A stretch of 64,000 nucleotides of DNA from the NCBI GenBank assembly GCA_036172245.1, contig JAYWIR010000016.1:682001-746000 (forward strand), in the 5' to 3' direction. A model generated the notes under the pieces. It was not told the DNA's origin, did no database searches, and saw only the letters and a program-made list of their open reading frames with translations. Below are positions 1 through 11,900 of this stretch, piece by piece. The stretch is from Raillietiella orientalis. Its lineage: Eukaryota. Each line of letters begins with the position of its first letter. Within the stretch, counting starts at the first letter, position 1. Made by a program: the position numbers and the translations under genes.

Positions 1-1934
1 CCCAGTAATAACACACAAGCGAACTGTGCAAGCGACTGTGCAAATATAACGGAGCAATCAGAGTTTCACGAGAATACAGCTGCATCCAATACTTCCGTGG
101 GACGGATGGCTACTCGGCTTTCCGTAATATCTGAAGACATGCGGAAACTTTGGTGCTCATCAGAAGGATACAAAGAGAGATCATATATTGAGCCACACTT
201 TTGACACAGATTTCCAATTCCTCCTTTTCATCTGCTATTGCATCTCATCACCAGCAGTGGAAACGAAACCTGATCCTTCCAGAAATAACGGTCCGGGGAC
301 ACACAAGAAGCGGACTTCGGCGTTCGGACGTGTCCATTAAGTGGAACGCATGAAGCTGACAATTTAATGCACTACGGGCCACTCGAGATGCGAGAGAGCG
401 TCGAAGAGAGTGTCGGAGTCCACATCCGAAAGGACCGCAAGGAGCAGCCACTGGGAAAAGCGACAGTGACCACGAGAGCAAACGCTTTGCGGTGCTGGCA
501 TTACCGACGGTGAATCCGCAGCATCCGTTCCATTATCTGAGCTCGTCCACACGTGTGCCCTGGATGGCGTCAGTAGAAGGCCAAAGTACGCTTCCTAAGT
601 GTTTGGGGACGGTGCTTTCAGTGGCATTTATGCACACATCAGAGGCGGTTCGAGAACAGTGAAGCTCCGGTCGCAAAGGGCAGCAGAAATGGACTGTCAC
701 GCGCTGCCGTGGGCGAGATGATGCAAGGCATCAGAGACGCGGAAACGCTCCTTTTCAACTCTCAGGATGCTGAAAATAGGATGTGAGCAAACGGTTCGCG
801 TGTAAAAAAGTTTGACGATGTGGGCGTGAGCGTATGGAGTGCAGGCGAAAAGAGTAGCCAAAGCATCATCTGCCACCACGGCAGAGCGATCCTCAGAAAT
901 CGAATGGATCCATCTCTCAGAGTCATCGAGAGTGCAGCCCATCGCGTCGAAAACCCACCGGCGCTACCGGGTTACCCCTCCTTCTCCAACTCTGATGCTT
1001 ATCTCGCATCGTCTCGTTTCGGAAACAAAGCCGAACTGGATGAGGAGGATGTACAAGGTGGCGATTCATCGTTGCAACGACCTGAGGTTCCTCCTCCCTT
1101 TGTACGTCGCATTCTTCTTCTTCATCTTTGCTAATGCGCGTTTTGTTTTCAGAGAGGTCCTCAGCTCCGAAAGAATAACCGATGAGCGCTGCTTGCCCTC
1201 AGGCCGAAGGCTGACTCGCTGCCACTCCCATCCCGCGCCGCCGGCGCGCACAGTTCATCGTATCGCCCCACTGGCATTTCGCCTCCGAAGCTGCAGGTGA
1301 CGCTGCGTGAACCCCGGGAAGATCGGTTCCGTAATTCCGGGACTCGATCTTCGCCCGAAACATCGGAGGAAACCCTGGCAGCTTCATTCTCCGCAAAGAA
1401 TCCGATCCACCCTCTGCATCCCGCATGCACGCGACTCCCCTTCTCTTCGCTTGCACCCCATGCGATGTGCCTCGCTCGAAAGAGATGGGTTCCACCCCAT
1501 CCAGTTTGCTGCAGCAGGGCCGGCGGGCAACGCTGCATGCGCTTCCGTCTCCCTCTGATTCAAGTCGTTTCTTCCATCGCGCGGATGGGGCACTCCAGCA
1601 GTCCAACGCTCCTTCTTTCTGTCCCGCCTCTTCTACGGGCCCGGCCGTTGTGTCTAAGCTGTGGGGGGGTTAGCCGGACAGGTTCGCTCCGCGGTCCGAG
1701 CCCGCACGAGGCTTGCATAACAGACAGTTCATACAGACACGTGCTGCTCTGGTTCACACGATCGGTGTTTGGTCAACACTACACTTCATTTCCACCTTCG
1801 AATGTTTCGTCTTCTGGGCTTACACTTTGGAGTCTCTAAAGCGTGCCGCACACCTGGCCACGATCGCTGATCTTCTTTAAGATGTGCCGATACGCCCAGG
1901 AAGGGACCCCTCCACAGTCCCGGATTCCAATTTC

Positions 1935-2180
1935 TTGTATCTTCGCTGTTTTCCTTCCATTTTTTTTTTTTTTGGGGGGGGGGGGTCGCTGAGTACCTAA
2001 AAAGCCATCGCGCACCTGGCGGCTCACACAGCTCTTTAACATTGCTCCACGCCACCATCCGGAGGTGTGTGTAATTCTTCAAGATAGGGGGTACCCCGGG
2101 AGGGGACTACCCCGTGAATCCAGAAAGGGCTCCGGAGAAGGCAGTCCGTTACTCTCACGCCTGAGGAGGAATCCCCGATC
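1935..2180 (-). repeat. Same repeat, copy 3 (partial)
   Basis: tcgctgttttccttccatttt...agccatcgc.cacctggcggctcac.cagctctttaa...gtgtaattcttcaagatag...ctctcacgcctgaggagg matches 46010-46240. Confidence 0.85.
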
Positions 2181-2189
2181 ATTCCTTTT

Positions 2190-2900
2190 AGAATTCGGAT
2201 GGCTGACGTTGTGCTTCCTCCTTGTTCCAGTTTCGCTGTTCTATCATGATGTTCGCGATGAAGACAGCGATGGATGTCCCCATCGTGGGACTGTATCGGA
2301 GAACGTTGCCACCCTCTTCAAACAATCCCACCCAGGTATCCTCGCACTGCTCTTCAGGATAGTCACCGCCTTCAGCGCTGTCCAGTCTCGGCGCAGCGTT
2401 GGGCAGATGAGCACGTGGAGCTGGGATGGGGGGTCCTTTTCCCCGTCCCCGCACGCTGTGCAGAGCTCGTCTTGGATGTTACCAATCCAGCACCTAGTCC
2501 TCGAACCACTGAAGATTCCTCCGGGGCGAGACATGAGGAGGTAGTCCGGAATGCCCGGTGGCAGATCGCTCCTTGAGACCAACTCTCCAGCCGCTTGCAG
2601 GTTCAGGTGCCAAATCCCATGATTGCTGGCAGACGCAGAGAGCACGTCTTGGTTTTCGTCCTTTGAGGGAAAGAATTTCGGACATTCTTCTCTGTTATTC
2701 TGGACCACGCGTTGTCGTCTTGATTTTTCCTCATTCTGCGTGCCCTGCGGGTAAATCTTCCTTTGAGTGCTCCGTTGCATCGGAATAGTGGCATTTTGTG
2801 GCAGCTGCCACTGGTAGGAGAACTGCTTCCAGTCCTGAATGCTCAGTCTGGGTCTCTGATGAATCTGTAGCCACGTCTCTGTGGAACGGGAAGGAAGCAA
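2190..2900 (-). mobile_element. Old LINE C-terminal fragment
   Basis: LCTACGDGEKDPPSQLHVLICPTLRRDW fits the CxxC...H...C RT-associated Zn finger. Confidence 0.5.
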
Positions 2901-5900
2901 GAAATCACCAAGTCCAGATCTTCATCCTGTTCTTTGTTCTTTGTCTTCCTCCTTGCTGGGAAGCACTGTTTTTAGTTGGTGAATCTTCACCGGTGTCTGT
3001 TTCATCTTCAGATGAGATCAATGCTCTCCCACTTTCCTAATTTTGTCTATGAGGACTGACAGCAGGTCACCCGAATTGTTCAATAGCTTCGAATCCACAG
3101 CCTCCTTCTTGGTGTTGAGGGGGAGTTGCCAGCAGTTCACTCCCTCTTGTCTGATTCTCAGTGTTGTGTTCGCGTGAAGGTATTAACCTTCACACGAGAA
3201 TCTGGCCTTCTTGGAATTGGGGGCTGGAGATTGCACCATATAGGTCTGCATTCGGCCATCCAGGGGAAGTCCTAGCTGGTGCATCAAGTAGATGCTTTCC
3301 CACCTGCTGTGCACGTTCTGCGAATGAAAATTCCAAAGCAACAGTATGGAAACACGGCCCTTGAGGACAACAGGGTGATGACTGCCATCTCGCAGATGAA
3401 AGCAAGGTGGACGTTTCGAGATGCTGAGCTCCAGATCATCGTCTGGTGACACGTTGTCTCATGCAACCACATGGAAGAAGCCTGCATCAGGTGTCGGCAG
3501 TCTCCAGCGCAGTCCAGAGATGGAAAGCAAAAGAGAACCGTGGAATAGTCACGTCATGCGTAGGAATACACCGAAGCTCCACGACCTCTCTCCGAGGCAG
3601 CTCATTCGATGTTGTTGTCGCAGATTTGTCCATATGGGACGCGTCGGCGTCCTCCCGGTCAGGCGATCGCATATCACCAACGAGAACAAGTAGTTGCAGA
3701 AGATGTCAATTTTGGTATGGGGCCCTGTCACCTGTGCTAAACTGCTATTTGTGGCATCCCCTGCTGCACATTCAGCAAAAGGGCCCCCGAAAGGAGACTC
3801 TACGGAAGTCTCGTCCTCGGTTCCCATCCATCCAGCAGCCTAGGATCTCTGGGGAGGAACACGACCTCGATCGGACTCAGGTAGCGCCGGAAGCTCGTGG
3901 GGAGCTCTCATCGCCCGGATGGGAAGAATGAGGAGGAAAGACGTTGCGATTTGGTCCGTTGCTGTCCCCTCTTAAGGCAGCCGCGCCATTTCTGGAGATT
4001 AACCCCTCGTTTCTCTTGTCTCACTTGCTCTCTCCCTCTTCTGGTCTTTTTCTGTGCTTCCCCTGCGGCTCTATACGGAGGCACGCGGACTCGGGAAGAG
4101 ACAGAGGGAGATGGGAGAGAAGGGAGGGAAATGGGGAGCAAGGAATAGCAGATAAGGTGGAAGCAGATGCGGAGAGGAAAGGCCACGTTTGGTTGAGCCT
4201 TCGGAAATCCTCCTCCGAGGGGGCCGTCCCTCCTCCGGCAGTTCAGCTGGTCATTCGCCTTCCGGTTCCCCTTCAAATGGGATGAAAGCGATATCTTTGG
4301 GCAGGCGAAGGAGAAGGATGAAGGAAGAGATGGAGGAGGAGAAGGATCTCATCCTCAAAAGCGAGGAGCAGCCTCCACCGCAGTGACCGTCTCGTGACCT
4401 CCTCCTCGCTCTATGGACTATTCATCTTTGTCCTCTGGTCGCTCCCTTGCTCCAGGAGAAAGGAGCACCACCAGAGACCCTACTCGCTTGCCTGGACCTA
4501 CTTCCGCCCTTTCTTCTCTTGCGGGACTTTTCGCGGGCTGCTCCCCTTCCTCTGGAGACGACCCTTTCAGGGTCGTCTCCAGAGGAAGGTCGTCTCCAGC
4601 CCGGAAAACTTCCCTGAAAGTTTTCCGGGCTGGTCTCCCGGAGAACCAGCCTCTGAACCACTCCCTTCGCTCCTTGAGAACGGAGAGTTGATTCAGTTTC
4701 CCTTTCATCAGAAGGAAATTTGCCTTCTTGTGCCTCCCGATCTACGACCATCTCCTCCGCTAGCTGCAGTTAACGTGCCCACGCAATTACAAGGAGGAAA
4801 AGAATACCAACAGGTCAATCATGTTTTGGACGAATCATCAGCGATCTTCGCCAGCAGCAATGGTGGTCACGAGGAGGGGAGTAGAGAAGTAGGGAAGAAA
4901 GACGAAGAACGACGGCATCCCACAGAGATCTGCAAGACTTGGAAGCTACTTCCGGACAGGAGTCCTGAAGGGATCGCACGGAACCCCGCGCATCTGCATG
5001 CGCGCGCGCACTGGCAGCGCCGGATGCGCCTCCGGATCCGAAGGTCAGAGGCCGTGTTTTTCCGGCAGGTCGGCAGCAGGAGTCAGAATCGCCTCCCTCT
5101 TAGATCGTTTGCTGATATTTTGACCGCCTGAGAAAGGCTCAGGTCCATTCCACAGCGCTGCCAGAGAGAGACCCCGGAAGCTGACGAGGCAGGAGACACT
5201 GGAACCGGAACCGCCCGCAGGGTAGAGCCGCTCCCCGCCCCTTTTCTCGTCAAGGAGGATCCTGCCCGAGGCCCAGGGCATATCGGTGGTAGCAAAGCCT
5301 TCCTTCTCTCCTCCTCCGCCGGGTTCAGAGGACCGGCGATTGCATCCGGCGGGAGGCGGAGTCTCTCCAGAACACCCTTTGCATCTGGGACTGTTCGGCA
5401 ACCCACCCACGGAAAGTTTCGCCTCGAATCCTCAAGGGGGAGGAAAGGTAGCGACGCGCTTTCGGTCGTTCCCTCCTGCCCTGAGAGCCTCTCAGAGGCA
5501 CCCCTCCCATGCTCTGGGAAAGAGCAGAAATCGCTGTGGCGGTAGCGCTCTGGAAGAACGGCTGTCAGAGCACTCATAGATGACCCGCACATGCGTGTGA
5601 CCTTGAACTCTTTTCCTTGCGCGACCCGCCTTCAGTCAGGTCGGATCCAGCGGGGCAAGCCGGCGTCGACGGCCAGAGGAGCTCCAGGGAAGTGGATCCA
5701 TCTCGGACCGGACAGCCTTTCCTCGACAGATCGCAACAACTGCATGTGGGAGAGCAGTGCCCCAGAGGAACAGGGAGGGAGGGGAGGGAATAAGCGGCTG
5801 TCCTCGATGAGAGGGACGGGATGGGAACGAAAGTCGAGACCCCACCGTCTCCCTCCGTATCCGGCTGGGATCCTCACGAGGTGAGTCCAGCGCTCGGTGG

Positions 5901-8900
5901 CAAACGCAGGGAATAGAGAGTTCTCCGCCCCCGCGGGCAAGGCTTGCGGGGGAGGCGGGAAGAGGGACATCCAGCGAGGGGGGAAGGAGGAGGGACTTCC
6001 CCTTCACTGGAAACGTCCGCAAATCCTCGAAGTCTGCAGCTCTGGTCTGACGGCGGGAAATTGTCCGATGCCCCTGCACGGAAAGGGACAACGGCTCCCG
6101 CTCACCGTCTCCGTTCGATCCACTGGTCCTCTCAGGATCATCCTCCCCGCCCGAGCACGAGTCGGAAAGAGGGACCGAGCGGTTCCCCAGGCGTTTCTCA
6201 GGGAGAAGCGGCACGTGCCGAGGCACGAAGAAACAATCCTGGAGCAAACAGCTAAATAAGGGACTCTGTGGGATCGCGGGGAGCGAGCCGGCGTCTCCGG
6301 GAGCTCACAGAGGAAGCCTTGCCGGCTGCTGTTCCCCTTCCCCCTTCGGTTTCCCATCCTCTCTCTCGTCCTCGTTTTCCGACTTCTTCCCCTATGAAAT
6401 TTGACACCATGGAGGATCTGCTGTTGCGAATTTAGGAAGAAGCGTCATCCCTTTTATCTTCATGATTGCAAGAGCTCCATCCCATTCATCCTTCTCCTCA
6501 GGCATGTATAATTAGCAATCTGCTTTTCCGCCGCTCCCGGATTACTTATTTCGCTTCCGGGATCGGCTGAGAAATCCAATTATGCGGCTCTCATCCGACT
6601 CCCTTCGTCGCTGCCTTGTACACAGCGCGTGTACCGTAGCTCCTTTCGGTACGTGCGCCGACTTTCACGGGAAGATGCCTCCGCTTTCCCGCTACCGCTG
6701 GTGGGATGGCCTTCTTCGACCTTCCCGAGAGCGGTCTCCTCCGACCCTCCCCCGAAGCCTTTCCGGAGGGCCGGCACGCGTCTTGGCTCGCCGCTGGCAG
6801 CCTCGTGGAGGACGTTCCTGTCCCTCGCTCGAGGCATTCCTTCTCCCGGACACGATGCTTCCGGTGCCTTTCCTCCTCCACTTACAGGTGCGTTGAGACT
6901 TGGCGGCAGTGGCGCGAGGCATCACGCCTTCCTTCCTGTTTCTTGGGAACCGCAGCTTCTGTCCACCCGCGGGACGAGAAACGCGACAGGACGGAGAAAG
7001 AGGGGCCGACCAAGCGGCAGGAGGATGAATGGGTGAGGGAGAGAGACGACGATAACGATGGCGAGGATGTGGATGTGCATGACAGTTGGAAGGAGGAGGA
7101 AGTGGAGGAGGAAACTGAACCATCTGAGAGTCTGGGAAAACAGCAGCTGCAACGAGTTACGGGACATGGGAGTTGTGCTCTATGCTAGAATGGGGATGCC
7201 ACTCCCCACCTCGAGCTACGTCCCGTGATTCACCAGTGCCGAACTCACTCGCCGATGATGATGATGGTGGTTCTGGTGATCATGATGATAACTTTTTTGG
7301 CCTTGAAACTCTTTACGTCTTGAGTCGCACTTCTGGAAAGCCACAGGAGAATTTCCCCCTTTGGCAGCATCGGAACAGCTCAACTGGAATCCAGAGTTTT
7401 TCGCCGCAGGAGCGTACTCGGGATTAGCAGGGGAAGAAAGCTCAAAACTTACCTTGGATTTAGTGTTGCTGTCTCTCATGCTCATTGTAAGCTCGCGACT
7501 TCGATGTGTGCATATTTTTTTTCTTCTTCTTCTTATCTTCTTCTTCGCCCTTTTCACTGTTGCGAAAGTTCCGCGCCATTGGCTCTCTCTTCCCTTCGCT
7601 TTCCTGCTGCCACGTGAGGTCGCTTCTGTAATTCGAGGAGTTCCTACTCCTCTTTCTCTCCGTGATCAATGGACTGGGAAGGAAACTGCCTCGGATGAGG
7701 ACTTTCTTCATTCCAGAAATGGAATCATTTGTCCCCGCTGGCCGAAAGAGGGAGCACGTGTTTCCCCGGCTGCGAGGCTACCTCGGCATCTACGGCCTGG
7801 GTGCGCGTGTACAACCGGCTGCTGACGGATCCACCCTGAACCTCCCGAATTGTCAGGTGCTTTTCCTTTTAATGGGAATCTAATTCCCTTACCTTCGGCC
7901 TCGCTTCTCCAGGGGATGCGCTCCATGCGAGATGACTTACGCAGGGATGACTTCCGCTAGACTTCCGCTCGCGCGCTCTGAAGCATCAAAGCATCTCCCC
8001 CTCCTTGCTCAGCTGGCATGGTCCAGGAGCATGAAAAATGGTTACTTGCAGCCTCCACTCTGCATGGATCGAGCTGCACACAAAAGAACTTACGACATGG
8101 TCGGAAAAAACGCCCCGCTCACTCCATTGCGCAGAGTGGAAAGGTGTGAAGAAGAAGAGATGGATTGAGACACCTCATGACCCACCCGACTCTCCTCAGC
8201 CAGCCAGCATGCAGCCTCACAGGAAGAGGCACACACTGCTCTAGATGGCGGATCCCAGCTCTAAGCCATCGACGTGTCTCAGATTGAGGACCAGCACGCT
8301 GCGCGTTAGAATGAAGTTGGCACCGCCGCGCAGCAATGAGACCAGAGCTCTTTGTTCTGCTGGAAGGAGGAAGTAGCGGGACCCTCTTGCAAGGGGAACA
8401 GCTCCAGAGGCCGAGAAACAGGGAGGCGGGGCTGCCTGGCAGAAAAGTGTGGAATCGGGAGAGCAACCCACTTTCCGAGAGCACTCTGGTTTTGCTTTGC
8501 TTCATCAGGACCTGCCCAGGATAGTCGATTATCCCATCAAGCTATCCGCCGAATGAGATGCGGGGAGAATTCCCTTGGCGAGAGGCGACGTGGATTGCGA
8601 TGCAGGGCGGATGAGGATTCTCGGGCACATTCGAACGTCTTTGGCAAAGAGCAGCCGCGCTCACCGATCTGAGGTTGCTCCTGAGCATCTCAAGAACAGC
8701 CGCAGAACGGTGATTGCCAGTTAACCAGGCGATAGCTTTGCCACAAAAAAAAAAAAAGTATCCTGGAACCTTCAGTGATCCAACTTGCTGTTGCGCTTCC
8801 ACAGGTGCAGCCATCAACCACCTCATGCTCGCAATGCCTTCGGATTCCGGCATTTTTCTTCCGCTAATTTTGTAAGAGAAGGAATATTGGATTTGGGACA

Positions 8901-11900
8901 CCCTTGTTTATCTCTCTGTGTCTTCCCAGGATGTGAAATTGATTTACTCTAGCTATTGTACAAAATTCCCTCCCCTTGCAATCATCATGTATGGTATTTA
9001 GTTCCTCATTTTTCATCCGATTCTTCTTGGTTGAAGCCTCCCTGTTCCCAATCAGAGGATACGCAGTACATCTGAACGCTTCATCCCGGCACACGATCCT
9101 CCACCTTTGTTCGTTTGGGTTCTATCTGTTTTCGTCATCAAAGGCTTATCTGATCATCTGGCACTCGTTTGTTTCGTTTGGGATGTTCGCAGTACTCGTC
9201 ATTGCCGACACTCCTTCGTGAACTTCTTGAGATTCGAGCTCGAACTGGAATGTCCCAGTTTGTTTCGACGTCTTGTCAGGACTTCGGAAGAGTGCTTGGA
9301 TGGTGCATTTCCACTAGGAGCATTATCGCATTGAGAAACTGGCTATGAGATCTCCAATCCGACAACACTTCGATTCATAGTCCCCTTCCTTGTTCCGCCT
9401 AAAGGTCAGCACGCCTTCTGGTTTTCAAAAGCCATCCAGGCAAGCCAAAGCCGTGCGTACGACCAACGATAAGCACTGGGTGCTTGGACCACGACTTGAA
9501 AGCATCAGAGACGTTGTTCCCATCTGCCTAGCAGTCAGTGTCTGGGAAATCTCCCCCTTTGAGTATATCCCCACTAGTCACTTTCACTTTTCCTCTCGGG
9601 AAGTTGGCCGGCTGGTTTCCCCGGAAATTTTCATTTTCGGAAAGCACCCCGACCACAGAACATCACGACCACTCTCATGTTACTCTGTGCCTGCAAAAGC
9701 CAGATGTCCTTCCCAGCTCGAGAGGGGGCCTCCGGAAAGCATCCCAGAATCAAGTGGCCCCAATGCTGCAGCACAGAAAACCTTCTGACGTCACAGCCAG
9801 CACGTGCGGCTGCTCACCGTTCTCGTCGCGGCGCAGATTTTCGGGGGGGACCTCTCAGACTGGTGCTGCTCAGCAAGCACAGGTCTGAGCAGTTCTGGCG
9901 AGCAAGGCTTGGCAAGTTCGATCACCCCCTGCAAGCAAAGGAAATACAGGGCGGCATCGGCTTCAGAGTTGGCCGAGCATGGTCTCGAGCCGCTCGGTTT
10001 TCCATTGTCCTTTTTCTGCAGCGGGAGACGCTCTCTGTTTGGAGCCGCAGGAATTCATATTTCGTCCAGAGTTCATCGGAGAACTCGGAACCTCCCCAGT
10101 CCGGGATTCATTCCCAACACGAACAGTGCACCTGGACCTCGCGACCGTTCTCTGCCTGCGCAATGCAACCAAGTAGTCCATACTTGGTTTAAGAGAACCG
10201 TGCCTAAGCCGCTGTCCAATTGCTTGTTGCCTCTGGGGCATCTTGCTTTGCGTGTGTCAGACCAAACTCTGAAATTTTCCCTTTTTCGTTGCCGCTTTCC
10301 TGACCCGACCCAATTTCCTGACAGTCATTCTGCGTGCAAAGATTGGCTGCTAAAGGCAAGAATTTTTCAGCCGCACATCTCTGCATGTTTGTTTGGTCCA
10401 TCTGAGGTGCTTACTATCCTTGAGAGCTCGGTTCTCGTGGAAATTCGAAAGACAAAGAATAAGAAGTTCAACTCCCGACCAACAAGCACATCTTCAAAAG
10501 ACTCTATCAGCCCGCGGCCACTACTTTTTAAGGAAGCACCTGGCTGCTTTCATAATCATTCACAATAGGCAGCTCCCTGCTCTTAGAGCTTGTTGTGACC
10601 CAGAGCCATTCCCGAGCAATGCCTACTTCTTCTGAGTAAGTCGGTCGCCGTGAAATCAAGTGCCGTACTTGCCCGATATCCCAATGCACGCATGGCAGTT
10701 CTGGTTTGCTTCCTAGGGGATCAGAAAGTGTGGGAAGAGGTCTCCCTGAGTTCACATTCGTGAAACACAGGAACCCTCGCTGCTCCCTCTCGCTGCTGCT
10801 GCCCTCACCGAACGGACTCCATGACACTTACTGCTTGAGCCTCCATTGTGTGAGCTTTGAAATGAAAAAGTGAGTCAACCGATGAGATCTTGAATCCTTC
10901 GTATTCCTGTTTCATTCCCTGCGTAATATCATTCGATCACGAAAGCTGCCGAGAGAGTACAATGATCCCATCCCAATCCATCTTGCTGCTTCCATTTCCC
11001 CTCCTGTTTTAGAAGTTTCGTCCCCGAAGTTTTCCACTCATTTTTCGTTGGGAATTTCGCTTTGCCGTTACAGAGACGAGGATGTAGAGGAACAAACAGC
11101 TTTCCGAGTTTCGAACTCGAGCACGGAATCCCAAGGATTGTAGCTTCTTACTAAAGGACTACTAGAGGTAATCATCTGCAGTAATGACAGACCCTTGAGT
11201 CTTTTCCTGAGACACAGAACGACTTCCGCAAGTTTATAAAAAAAAGAAAAATAATAAACAAACAAAAGAATGGTATATTTCAGTAGCAGCTGTACGCTGC
11301 ATTAAATTACGAATTTGAAACCCCCCCACTGTGACGGCAATACCGCCACTGCAACACATTACTACTTCAGTTAAATGAGATGCGATTTGAGGCACCAGGA
11401 TGCTACCGGAAGCAGCCGGAAGATGCGCTTTTGAATCATTGAATTTTATCTTCCTGTCATCAGATGTTAGTTTCGCCGCATACCCGGTCCGTGTGTTCGT
11501 GTTCCAAATTCTTCGGCTGTCCCTGCTAAAAGTTCAGTGTTTCTTCCCTTCAGATGATTTATAAAGGACCAGAGTACCTTCGAAAATCTTTTCAATTACC
11601 GCAAGTATAATTCTTTTTCACAGTGCCGTTTTGCTTCCAATCACCGGATGATTGTGTCTGTCCCACGGAGGAAGAATGAAAACTCTCTAATTGAATGCAT
11701 GTCTCCTATGCCAGGAGAACGTTTCCTGTAGAATTTACTCTCGGAAGATTAGCTCCGAATTCATCGGGGTACCTTTTGGACCCACTTCCCTGTTTTTTTC
11801 CGGTTCCGTGACCCACCTGCACTTGAGGTTTGAATTTGCATACGCTGATTCCAAACGAAAGCACGTTTGTTTTATTTTATTTATTTATTTTTTTAAAAAA

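Noticed and set aside
4394..6357. Many long overlapping ORFs in GC-rich DNA (also at 40-44 kb and 46-49 kb)
   Set aside because: Expected by-product of high GC in decayed TE sequence; no host protein motifs recognised.
8990..9350. Minus-strand frame interrupted mostly by TGA, suggesting selenocysteine or recoding
   Set aside because: TGA is a normal stop in Rpt4, TAG and TAA also bound the frame, and no SECIS or recognisable protein was seen.
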